From positions 3,896,047 to 3,960,046 of the forward strand of contig CAVNZM010000004.1 of assembly GCA_963693365.1 (NCBI GenBank): a stretch of DNA of 64,000 nt. The letters run 5' to 3'. A program made the translations under genes and the position numbers. The notes under the pieces are model-generated. The model was not told the DNA's origin. It made no database searches and saw only the letters and a program-made list of their open reading frames with translations. This document shows, piece by piece, positions 34,812-64,000 of the stretch. The first letter of the stretch is position 1. The number at the start of each line of letters is the position of its first letter. The DNA comes from Amoebidium appalachense (Eukaryota; Protista; Ichthyosporea).

Positions 34812-35085
34812 GAGAGAGGCTGAACTCTTGACATTATGAAATTGAACTGAAGCATGCACAAACCGACAATAATTTACAGACGTATGCACAGCATACTATG
34901 GGTACATAAAGCGGTGCCAAGCTGTAGGCCTCCACATGTTTTGTTGTTGCCAAGCTCAAAACCCAGTCAGCCGTGTCGTACTCGTAACAGACCTCCCCGT
35001 TCCACTCATCAGCCCCCCTCTTTTTCGACATCTTATTCTTATCTCCACTCCACCCACAACCGCTGTAATCACGATGATCACACAT
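34491..35085 (-). CDS. Possible small hypothetical protein (two exons, about 81 aa, may extend 5')
   Basis: Repeat-free ORF 35085-34897 (MCDHRDYSGCGWSGDKNKMSKKRGADEWNGEVCYEYDTADWVLSLATTKHVEAYSLAPLYVPI) with donor gtatgc, joined in phase to cag|34547-34491 (LAPVAICDCDRIDWRGFS*). Confidence 0.3.
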
Positions 35086-35148
35086 TCATATATCATCATA
35101 CCCGACACTATATATAACTCAATCTCAGTTACAAACCTTACCCATTTA

Positions 35149-35219
<71 letters not shown>

Positions 35220-36040
35220 ACAAAAAAAAAAAGAAGAAGAAGAAGAAGAAGAAGAAGCAGCAGAAGAAAAGGAAAGTAAAAAAAGAAAAAGCAAAACCAC
35301 AACCTCACACAACCAGAAAAAGCCACCACCACCACCAAATGCCTTCCCTTCCCCCAATAAAAAAGCAACGAAAGAGGGAGAAAAAGGACAAAGAAAGAAA
35401 GGAAACTTTAAAAAAAAGAAAGAAGCCCTGTTGTGTTGAAGAAAGAAAAGAAAACAAATAGAAGAAAAGCTGACACATTTTGTACTAACACCCCCCTCCC
35501 CCCCCTCCCCGCCCCCCCCCCTCCCCCCCCCCCCGCCCCCCCTTCCCCCCTCTCCCCTCCTCCCCCCCCCCCCCCCCCCCCCCCCCCGCCCCCTCCATTA
35601 TAATAGAAAAAAATATAAAATAAATAAATAAATAAATACACCCACCTATCCCACCCTACCCTCCTGCCCCTCGTCGGCTAACTTCAAGAACGAAAAGATT
35701 CAGGAAAAACCATTTGAAACTACCAGTTCTGTCTGAATCACCAGTTTCACAATAAGGCCTTACCGTGTACAAAACTTTAGAAATGTCGAATGGGCCAACG
35801 AAACAAAGGACGTGGATCGGTGCAGTATGTGAAAGTGGAAAAGTAAAACCTGTAATTAACCTCAATAAAAAAAAAAGCAGATTCGTAACATATGCTGAGT
35901 AGTTTGCCGAAACAAGCTCTAGGTATCCGATACACAACCCATTGTGTAGACCATCTCTTGATGAAAACCGCAACAGAAGAATTTTAAAGCTATTTTTTCA
36001 GACTTTCCCACCAATATAATACCCAACCCACCATAACCAC

Positions 36041-36839
36041 TCAAGCATCTGATTCAGTAATCACCACCTGCACCACATTCTCGAGCATTCTCCCCATCAC
36101 GTGGTCGATTTTGGTTGGCTCCTCCGCATCCACAACCTCGCACGTGACCTCCACCTCCCCGTCGCATTTAAAGGTACAATCCTGTTGGTCGATATCAGGA
36201 TAAAATTTCCCGTCATAAACACCCGTCCACTCTCTCTGGTGCTTTTCGTCGCACGTGCACACACCCACATACGTCTTTGGGAAACTCTCATGCACGGTGA
36301 CTTTTCTCATAACACCCTCGCACATGTGCCCGTCTTTACAAACCCCAGTCACCTCCGCTCCAGCGTTGCCCAAAAACCCCGCCCCGGACGTAAATTTCAG
36401 CGATTCAAATTTCGTCACGTGCTTGCACTTTGTGCACTTTCCACGCAGCACCTTGATCATTGTCCCTCCGCCCAACTGCGCAGACATAAATCTCGCCGCC
36501 CATGTGTTTTTGTTAGGAAGTGCAGCGCTCGTCTTCGCGAACGTTCTCTTTTCCCACGTGTCTTTCTCCATCTTTCTGAGGGTTTCTATGAGCGTGCGGC
36601 GTGCAGCGGTGTCCATTTGAGAGATCTGATTGGTGATTTGGGTGTATGGCTCGAGTTGGTGGGTGATGGACTCGTTGGCTGCCGACTGATGTTCAGCACG
36701 TGCCTGCAACGCAGTACAGAAAACGTTAATTCATGATCAAGCCTTGTCTTTTCCTTCCCCCCTCTCTCCCCCCTCCCCCCCCCCACCCCACCCCACATAC
36801 ACACAAAAAAATACGAGGTCAGGGGGGTAAGGGGTGTGT

Positions 36840-36874
<35 letters not shown>

Positions 36875-37269
36875 GGGGTGGGTGGGTGGGGGGCCGGGGG
36901 GGGGATTGGAAGGGGGGGGGGGGGGAGGGGGGAGGGGGAGAGGGGGGAGGGGGGAGGGGGAAGGGGGGGGAGGGGGGCAGGGAGAGGTGATTCTTTGGAA
37001 AATGGTGGAAGGAGACGTTGGCGAATCGTGTGTGCGGGAGGAGGAGGGGAGGAGGAGGATTGCACACTGGCATTGTAGATCTGTGGATCGTCAGAATCTC
37101 TGAGACAAGTGCACCCTAATGCATATACACTTGAATAGCGCCTCCAAATCCCTCCTCCCCCCCCCCCCCCCCCCCCCCTCCCCACCTTCCCCGGTGCCCG
37201 TCTACCTTCTGTTCCATGGGAAACTTCATCCATTTCTTCGTTCGCCAGTCATAAGTCGCCACATTCTTT

Positions 37270-37305
<36 letters not shown>

Positions 37306-37506
37306 ACCCCACCCCCCCTTCTTCCCCTCCCCCCACCCTTATGTTTCGGGAAACCCTGTCACACGAAACATACAAAAGTTAACAGGCAAAAAGCTACAAG
37401 CCACCGTCCACTTTCATTGCACAGTGGCAGCAGCGACTTTTTCCCGAGCGCCTTCAAATTTCGGATTCAAACTTTCCATACATGTAGCACAGAGCCTGTC
37501 CCCCCC

Positions 37507-37537
<31 letters not shown>

Positions 37538-37639
37538 ACCTCCCCCCCTCCCCCCCCCCCTCCCCCCTCCCCCCCCCCCCCCCCGGCTCTCCCCCCTAAA
37601 AAAAAAAAGTGTCACACACGCGCGCGCGCACGCACGCAT

Positions 37640-37689
<50 letters not shown>

Positions 37690-38363
37690 GCGCACGCACA
37701 AATAATATAAAGAAGCAAAACAGGGAGGAAAAAAGATGACGATGAAGCATTGAGCTTTGAATTCCGGAAAAGAAAAACAACACCCCGAAAAGCACGCACC
37801 TTTGCCAGATGCTCCTTTGCCTCACCACACGCCCTCTCCATACCCTCAATCACGCCCACCGCATCCTCAAAATGTCCCTTCAACATCTTTTCAAACTCAC
37901 TCCTCTCCCTCTCCGCATCCGCCATAACCTCCCCCACATGTCCCACCAACCGCTCCACCTCCCGGTCTATCTCTGCACTTGGTTTTATTTCGCATTTTTC
38001 GTGCTCGGGCGATTCTTTGCAATGTGAACACACCACGTGTTTGTGGTTCACACACCACGAGTGCAGCTTTTTGTGGTGCGTTGGGCAGCGTGGGAACTCC
38101 CACGTGTTGTCATCCGTGTCGCTCCCGTGATTGGGCGCTTCTGTCGACATAACGCCTGGTTTTTGCGCAAGCACATGGCTCACGGGAGGTGTGGGTGTGT
38201 GGCACGTAGGGCAGGAACGTTTTGGAAGGTTGGGCAGGCAGGAGGTGCACACGGTGTGGTTGCATGGAAGGAGAAAGGGTTGCTTGGTGAAGGAAAATGG
38301 GTTGGTGCATATGGGGCACGAGGAGGGGAGAGCGGGAGAATCTGATGTGTTGGTGGGTGCCAT
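36041..38363 (-). CDS. RING finger / B-box / coiled-coil (TRIM-like) protein with unrecognised Cys-rich C-terminal region, 2 exons, about 408 aa
   Basis: Exon 38363-37800: C3HC4 RING CPIC...LPCNHTVCTSC...CPTC, B-box2 CPTHHKKLHSWCVNHKHVVCSHCKESPEHEKC, then coiled coil. Donor aag|gtgcgt joins in phase 0 to tgcag|36703-36041 (ARAEHQSAANES...ESDA*). Confidence 0.85.
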
Positions 38364-39329
38364 TTTCGGTTCAATAATTCCTGAACTGTATCTGCGAACG
38401 TTTCTTGTTTTTTTTTGTGGGTAAGAGTGCCTGAGGCCGATTCATAAAAACACACCAAAAAGGGGACTAATGGTTTCAGTAGTAAAAGATCTAGAGTAAA
38501 TAGATTCAATCCATGAGTCAGTCTCAGATCCAAACTTGTCTTGCAATTGTTCTCGAAATACTTTCTTGTGACACACGAAGCGACCGGGACCACTTTTGTA
38601 CTCTTCTTTTCTTTAATGCATGCACGTGTGCTGCCAGGAATTTAGGCTCTTGTGACACTTGCAAATGACTTCATGCGCGCTGCACAGTTCATTAGTTAGC
38701 TTTCAGTCAATATGTAGTAGTACACGTTACTCTTTTTTCATCCATTCGGACCACCACGTGCACCAGGTGGCACGCGCAGGTGCAGAGCCGCGACTCCTCA
38801 CCGGGGCCGTCGTAAAGTATAAAGAATGCTTTACCCCGGTCTTTATGCAAATAAGTATTTTCGTGCCTTCAATCTCACTCATGTATCCATCATTTTTGTT
38901 CCCTTGCTTTTTTCATGCTGACGCCGCCGCCGAGGGTGCTATGTACTCCTGCAGTGACATACTGCTGCAGTGACGCCGGCTGTGGCAGCTGATCTACATA
39001 TGTGATATAGATCCAATCATTCTTGCTTTTTCTTCCATATAGGGATATTATAGGCTATTGGCGATTGGTTAACTGGGATTGACTAAAACATAACCATATT
39101 TGGGTTTTTTTTAGTGCTATTATTGGTCAAGGATTCAGGCATCTGATGTTGATCTAATGATTCGTGTTCGTGTGAAACATCAAGCGAATTTGGCTCGCGC
39201 AGCTCGCGCGCCTGCGAAAAATGCCTCAGGCCATATCTTTCTTTCCTGTGGTCATGCCATATATGAGCCAAATGCTGAACAACGGCAACGCGTGTAGTGT
39301 TTATGACCATCGGTACCGGTGCCAAAGGT

Positions 39330-40780
<1,451 letters not shown>

Positions 40781-41166
40781 AGAGAGTGTAATCGCGCTCC
40801 CCTCTACGGCACATTCGCGATCACCGGGGTGCCACCACTTCTGTCTCACGCTTGCCTTTTTGATCAGTTCAAACCCTGACATATGTAACCCTGATCAGGC
40901 AGTTTCCCGCCAAAATGCCTCGACTCCCGAGGTTTCGTAGATCGCCGGGATAAAACCTACATACATCAGCATCTCGCCAACATGTCTCGTAACGTTCAGC
41001 AACGGCCATTTGCCACAAAAGATACAAAGAAATCTTACGAGAAAGAATATGCCTACACTGTGACATATAGCCACTAAGCCAAAATAGCGATTCTCTTGAG
41101 ATTTCAACCACTTGTTACCACAGAGTTTGACTGTGATGCCCTCGTTTTACTAGGCTGCACCCAAAC

Positions 41167-45111
<3,945 letters not shown>

Positions 45112-46492
45112 GTATTCCCCCCCCCTTCCCCCCCCCCCCTCATATATGCTGCGCCTCCCCTCTCCCCACCCCTATTCGCTCAGCTTCTACCCTACGCGCA
45201 TTCGTTTCTCGCCTGCACACACGCGCGCACGCAGGCACGGACAAAAATGCAAGCAGGCTAGCAGGCGCGCACACACATGCACGTGACATGCATGTCGACA
45301 AACACACACACTCAGAGCAAAAAGACGTGAAGTAATTTAGCAAGAAAGTAAGGGAGGAAAAGAAGATGAAGAGCAAAGGAAAGGGGGGGGGGGGGGGGGG
45401 GGGGGGGGGGGAGGGGAACATACACAAACACACTCATCAGCTACTCCCCCCTCCCTCCCCCCCCTCTCCTCCTCCGGATCCTCCCTTCACTTCCCCCCCA
45501 CCACCGCCCCACCTCATTCCCCCCCCCCTCCCCGCTTTTTTTCGCCCGCCTAATGCCACAACCACTTCCCCAACCTCCTGTGAGCAACATTCTATGGCCA
45601 TACACCCACACAAAAATGTAGATAGGCAATACACATGGCAAACACACACACACACACACACACACACGTGTAAGTTACACAAAGATTTGCAGGCACACAC
45701 ACAGCCACACACAGACACATGCACACATACACACACACAAACACACACACACACACACAGCCACACCCATGCGCACGAAGAGAACGGAAGGGGGGGGGGG
45801 GGGGGGGGGAGGGGGGGGGGGACGGAGGGGGGGGGGGAGAAAGAGAAAGAGAAAGAGAAACAGAGGAGGGGGAGAGGGGGGGGGGGGGAGGGAGAGAGAG
45901 AGATGCATAGGCCTAACTCACACACACTCTGAATACCCACCTTCCTTTGCCCCCCTCCCCCGTCCCCACCCCTTTCCCCCTTCCCTCGCCCACCTACCAT
46001 CCGTCCACACACCCAGGCAATGGCGCACACCCCTACTCAATCGTTAACAAATATATTAACACATGCAGGCGCGGGTGAGAGTCGGGTGAGAGTTGTGGAT
46101 GTCCGAGCCAGGGAGAATACGGCGACATGGTGTTTTGGAAAAGTAGTGGGTGGACGTGTGAGTTCTGGTGTGGTCGGAGTGGGTGGGTTTTGACAGTGCG
46201 AAAGCATGTGGGATTTATTAGTCGAATGGTTGCTTGTTTAAGTTTTCTTCCCAAGTTAGGGTAGGATCTCTGCGTGTAAAAGCAGAGCCAAAAAAAACTG
46301 ATCACTACAAAAGAACACATTATATATGCTTTGTGGGGGTCGTTTGGTGTGATGTTGCTCAGGGATGGCTGTCAAACTTTTTTCGTTATGTTCCCGGTTT
46401 GTTTTCCTCATATTTTTTCTTTATTAGGCGATGCTAATGTTTATTCGCTAATGTCACTTTTTTTTTTTTTTTTTTTTTTTTTTGTATCTTCC

Positions 46493-46538
<46 letters not shown>

Positions 46539-46694
46539 CTGAAAAACAACAGCACAACTCTCACAAGAATGATGATGCTATTGTTTGTGACTTAAACTGC
46601 TCAAATGACCTGGGAGATGCGCGATGGTGGTGGTGGGTGGTGGTGGTGGTGGTGGTGTGTGGGTGGGTGTGTGGGTGGGTGGGTGGGTGGGTGG

Positions 46695-46740
<46 letters not shown>

Positions 46741-47450
46741 CGGCACACATGGCGATCAATTTAGGTCGTGCTGGACCAGCTGTGCATAGTATTACCCTGT
46801 GCATGTCCATTGATATTGTCCATAAGTGTAACGTATGGGCTCCCTTCGCAAAAGCGGTCTTTTACAGTTTCCTTATGTGGACGGCGTGATGCGCACACAA
46901 ATAGGGTATGGCCTTTTATAATACACCCCAGGGGCTTATAATCAAATACAATGGCTTTAACTTAATTTGACGGAGTAATGTATCTACAAGTTTGCCTGCC
47001 ATGGGGATTCTCCCCCCCTCCCCCCTCCCCCCTCCCCCCTTCAGCAAGCCAGCTGTCTTAGTTTCCGGGCCAAACTTTAAAGCGGGAAGTATGCACTTTT
47101 TTTTTCCTTTTTTTTATTTTTTTGATGTGTGACATGTAGGAGGGGGGGGGGGGGGGGGGGGATATTATGTATGATGGCGCCAGCCCGGGTTGTCCCTCTT
47201 ATGGTGTGTGTGTGTGTGGGTGGGGGGGGGGGGGGGGGGGGGGGTGCACGTGGGGACCGGTGGGGAGGGAAGGGGGGAGGGGGGAAAAGGGGGACGAGAA
47301 GGGGTTGGGGGGGAGGGGGGTTTTGAGATAACCTTGTTAAGGCAATGTCTTTTGACACGGTCACACACAGCCACAAACTGTAGACACACACACACACACA
47401 CGAGAGAGAGAGAGAAACACACGCACGCACGCACACACACACACACCGTG

Positions 47451-47481
<31 letters not shown>

Positions 47482-47847
47482 CACACACACACACTGCATA
47501 TACTCACACACCCACACCCACACAAGTACAAACACACACACACACGCGCGCGCGCGCGCACGCACACGCACACGCACACGCACACGCACACGCACACACA
47601 TACACACACGTGTACACATGACACACACACATATATATAGCCATATGACACAAATCAAAGGCAGCGGTATGGAATAACCGGCGATCATTACACGTGTGCA
47701 CAAGCCCAAACGCACTGCAGCTGCTTGCGCAAAAATGGGAAGCACATCCCCCTTCCCCCCCGCCACACACACACGCACACACACACACACACACGCATGC
47801 ACACACGCACAACACGCACATGTACCGTACGCACGCACACGCACACA

Positions 47848-47902
<55 letters not shown>

Positions 47903-50645
47903 TCACGCATGAGCGCCGCAGTAAACACACGCACACACGCGCACGCGCACGCGCAGACGCGCAGGCGCACACGTGCACACTCGGGGCAACGGTTGCCACG
48001 TACGCGTGTACCTTGTTGACAGTCGGACTCGGCACTGTTCATGATCACTGACTGTGGGTGTGGTTATCAACGATTGATTGGCTGAGCGGTGAGCCCTTTG
48101 GAGCGTGGCAAATCTTGACACGTGTATAAAGTGCTCGTTCTCACTTCAGCACGTGCATTCTCATGAGTCATGAGCGGCTCTCATGTGCAAGGGGAAGGGG
48201 AAGGGGAGGGGGAGAGGGGGGGGAGGGGAGGCGGGGAGGGGGACGGGGAGGGGGGGGAGGGGGGGAGGTCCACTTCCTGATTTTTATTAAGTGTTGCGAA
48301 TAAAACCTCCTTTGCACTCGTGTGGGAAAGTGTTTGTCAGTCTCAGTGTAGGAACACCGTGGCACATGTGTTAAAACTAGGTTGAGGGCCGTTGGGGTTT
48401 TGGGGGGGGGGGGGGACGGAAGAGTGATGCCGAATTGGCGGAAAATGGAATGCAACGGCCCAGGGAAAGGGGGGGGGGGAGGGGGATGGTATGTAATGGT
48501 GGCCGTGGTGCCGGCTTCAGATATTGGCCTTAGCTTCCCAATATTGTATACGTATATAATAAAGTGCACACTTGATCCAAAGTTGTGTCGGATTTGGAGA
48601 ACGAGAAAAAACGGAACGATGGGGTGTATGAACACGTAAGAAAACCCGAAGCAAATGTAACGTGCCCAAAAGGGGACACTTGAAAAAAGGGTGATCCTGG
48701 AGAGTGGAAGGGAAGGGGGGGGGGGGGGGGGGGGTTGAGGGGGGGAAGGGTTGAGGGGGAGGGATGGGGGGGTTGACTGTGCGTGTTTGTGTGTGTGTGT
48801 GTTTTGGGGGGGGGGGGGGGGGGGGGGGGGGGGAGTGTTGTCATGGGGAGCTAAGTGATGATAGGTATCATTCATAGAATTGGGTGAGCTTTTTTACAAA
48901 GGTTAATGTTTTGCCGAGGAATTTCTATATATGTAGACGAGTTAGCTTAGATGTAGATGTATATATACTATCGCCATTGTACAGGACATGTACGTGCGGA
49001 ATTATTGACGCTACTAGCCAGCTTTGTGATCCACGGTTTCGAATCCCTGAATACCGCACCATAAATAGGCAAAACTTTGGCAATGCTATGAATTGAATTC
49101 TATTTCAAGTTAAAGGTGCTACAATGACGCCACGTTTTCGATCGTCGTCATATTCACGCCACGAATATATTTTTGTAACTACTAGTAGCCTATATGGCGG
49201 ATACGGTTAGAAACTGCTCTTTCCTACATAGATTCGTTTATTCGTAATGTGGTATGGTGTAAAAACGCAAAGATGATCATGTCTTGGCGGTGTAATCGGT
49301 TTCTGGCATCTCCTGCTAGTATGTGTAATATGTGTGGGGGGCGGTTTACTCGCGGATGCCAGGCTATCAATAAGTGTGACCTGTTAGCTAACGTAATAGA
49401 ACCGGAGGTTATGGGCGGTTTTATTCTCTTTTCCGCCTCCCTTCCTCAATATATCCGTTTTAAAATGACTATTATAGATCACCTTATTAATGCTTAACAG
49501 TATGATATCGTGATACGGTGCTTTCTTTCGGAGCTACCAATGCTAGCCTCTGCTTATCCATAATATGTAATAGGGTTGTCGTATGCTACGACGGCGCTAA
49601 ATGTTGCTTAGCATGTACATATGTCACTAGCTGCATTTGATTGGCTGCGCTGGAAAACGCAGTAGGCCGTCGAGTGAGGCTGGGCCCCAGACAGTGTCCA
49701 CAGCAATAAATAGTGTGTAACCCACCTATTTTTGTATGCCGACACGGGATAAATATCTAATCTCATTCGGCAACCGAGTCTGAGTAGGTTATATGGAAAT
49801 TTGCCACTTTTATTTTGAGGGGGAGCCTACGGCTTGGACCTCACTGGATCCAGTCCTGTAGTGGGCATGCGATGAAAACCTGTATTTACAAATATATATA
49901 AAAACTACGGCTGTTGGCTAAAAATGGGAAACCCCGTATGCTTACACGTGCAATCAAGCATGGCGCATATATCCACTGGCAGCTAATTGGAAAATTCTAA
50001 CCAGAAAACACGGGACTACGGCAAAATATGCTAACTGTGCAACCACAACCATGAGGCACTACCAGTATACCGGATACGCGTTGTTAGATAAAAATAGAAC
50101 CTGGAGTCCGCCCACACGCGCTCATGTGAGAAATAAATAATATTTAAAACAAAAGAAAAAAAAATATAAAAGTAGGAAAAACCGCAGTGAAATAGGGAAA
50201 AACCTGGCGCATGATTTTAACTGCCAAAACTTCTCATTACTCTCCATGTAAATCACACTATATATAGGAATGGAAGCACAGCAGAAGTGTACTAAGGGAT
50301 GGGTGTCCTGTATACATATAGAAATCAGGGAGATTGCTGACGATCGATCCTAATCTCGCCTAATCGGATTCCTTGCAGGCTGGGTTTATTCCACGGACAA
50401 GCACGGAATGTGAGAAACCATCTAAGGCCGGGACAGCGTGCACACAGTATGAATATAAGTAAATGTACGTCTATGGGCCATAGTAAAAAACGGTGGGAAG
50501 ACTGACATACGGCCCTACGAACATTATTCTCGAAAAATGAACAGCTTTGCTGGTAAAAAGAGAGCTCGAAATAAAACTACCAAATGCACATTTATACGAG
50601 GCATAATGACGAACACACCCACAGGAACGATCCGCGGGGCCTGGG

Positions 50646-63362
<12,717 letters not shown>

Positions 63363-64000
63363 CTGTATGTGGTGTGCGTGTGGTAGTTTGTGCGTGTGGT
63401 AGGTGTGTGTGTAGTAGGTGTGCATGCAGTAGTTGGGTGTGTGAGAGGTCGTTTGTGCGTGGGGTATTGGTGTGTGGAGTAGTTGTGAGTGTGGAGTAGT
63501 TGTTTGTGTGGAGTAGTTGTGTGCTTGGAGCAATTGTGTGAGTGCAGTAGGGTGCTTGCGTTTTTGTGTGCACGCAGTGGCTGTGAGTGCAGTAGTTGTG
63601 TGTGCAGCAGTCCCCGGGGGGGAGGAGGGGGGGGGGGTGTTAGACAGCGGTACACAGGGCGACGCAATACAAACGCAAGGAACGGATAGCACAATGGGGA
63701 TGCAAAAGGGGAAAGGGGGAAAGGGGGCACAGGCACAAAAGATGCATCTGCCTACCCTACCTCCCTCCACTTTCCCCGTCTACTTCCCCCGTCCCCTTCC
63801 CACCCACACAGCTCCTTACTTTCTGGCCTGCACCATTTTTCATCTCTTTTATATTCCGTTAATGGCCCATAAATTTAAACGGGGGGTCTTTTCAGGTGGG
63901 ACTGAATTCTATAAAGTGGTACATACATGTGAGTGCTGAAGCACCTGTGTAGGTGTTTTAGGTGCTCCTGCACATGCTTAAGCCGGGTGCTGTGTGCACA

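Noticed and set aside
37195-37500. Possible extra internal exons of the TRIM-like gene (KNVATYDWRTKKWMKFPMEQK; LCATCMESLNPK)
   Set aside because: No acceptor/phase combination keeps the frame open, and the two-exon model already joins cleanly.
46740-50640. Repeat-free islands and GTTTCGAATCC (about 49036) suggesting genes or a tRNA
   Set aside because: No convincing ORF or exon chain and no cloverleaf; most likely UTR or intergenic DNA between the convergent F-box and OSBP genes.

Overview
Eukaryotic nuclear DNA: intron-rich genes with short exons and about 0.3-2 kb spliceosomal introns packed with poly-G/poly-C tracts and (CA)n/(GT)n/(GA)n microsatellites. Nearly all ORFs in the supplied track are translations of these repeats. 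By reading splice junctions by hand I rebuilt seven genes. In order: 3' end of an Xaa-Pro aminopeptidase (+); complete 17-exon RAD21 cohesin kleisin (+); NUDIX hydrolase fused to an eIF2B/MtnA/ribose-bisphosphate-isomerase-like domain (-), with one frameshift and a GC-AG intron; BCKDH E1-beta (-); RING/B-box/coiled-coil (TRIM-like) protein with an unrecognised Cys-rich C-terminus (-); divergent F-box/LRR gene with two frameshifts (+); most of an oxysterol-binding protein (-). Non-coding highlights: a TA-flanked MITE inside a 41-bp minisatellite, a dispersed ~150-200 bp intronic repeat family, duplicated splice sites in OSBP, and G/GU-at-donor versus C/CA-at-acceptor polarity in many introns. 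A unicellular opisthokont (e.g. an ichthyosporean) is my low-confidence guess for the organism. Coordinates were read manually and may be off by a few bases. No database searches were run.
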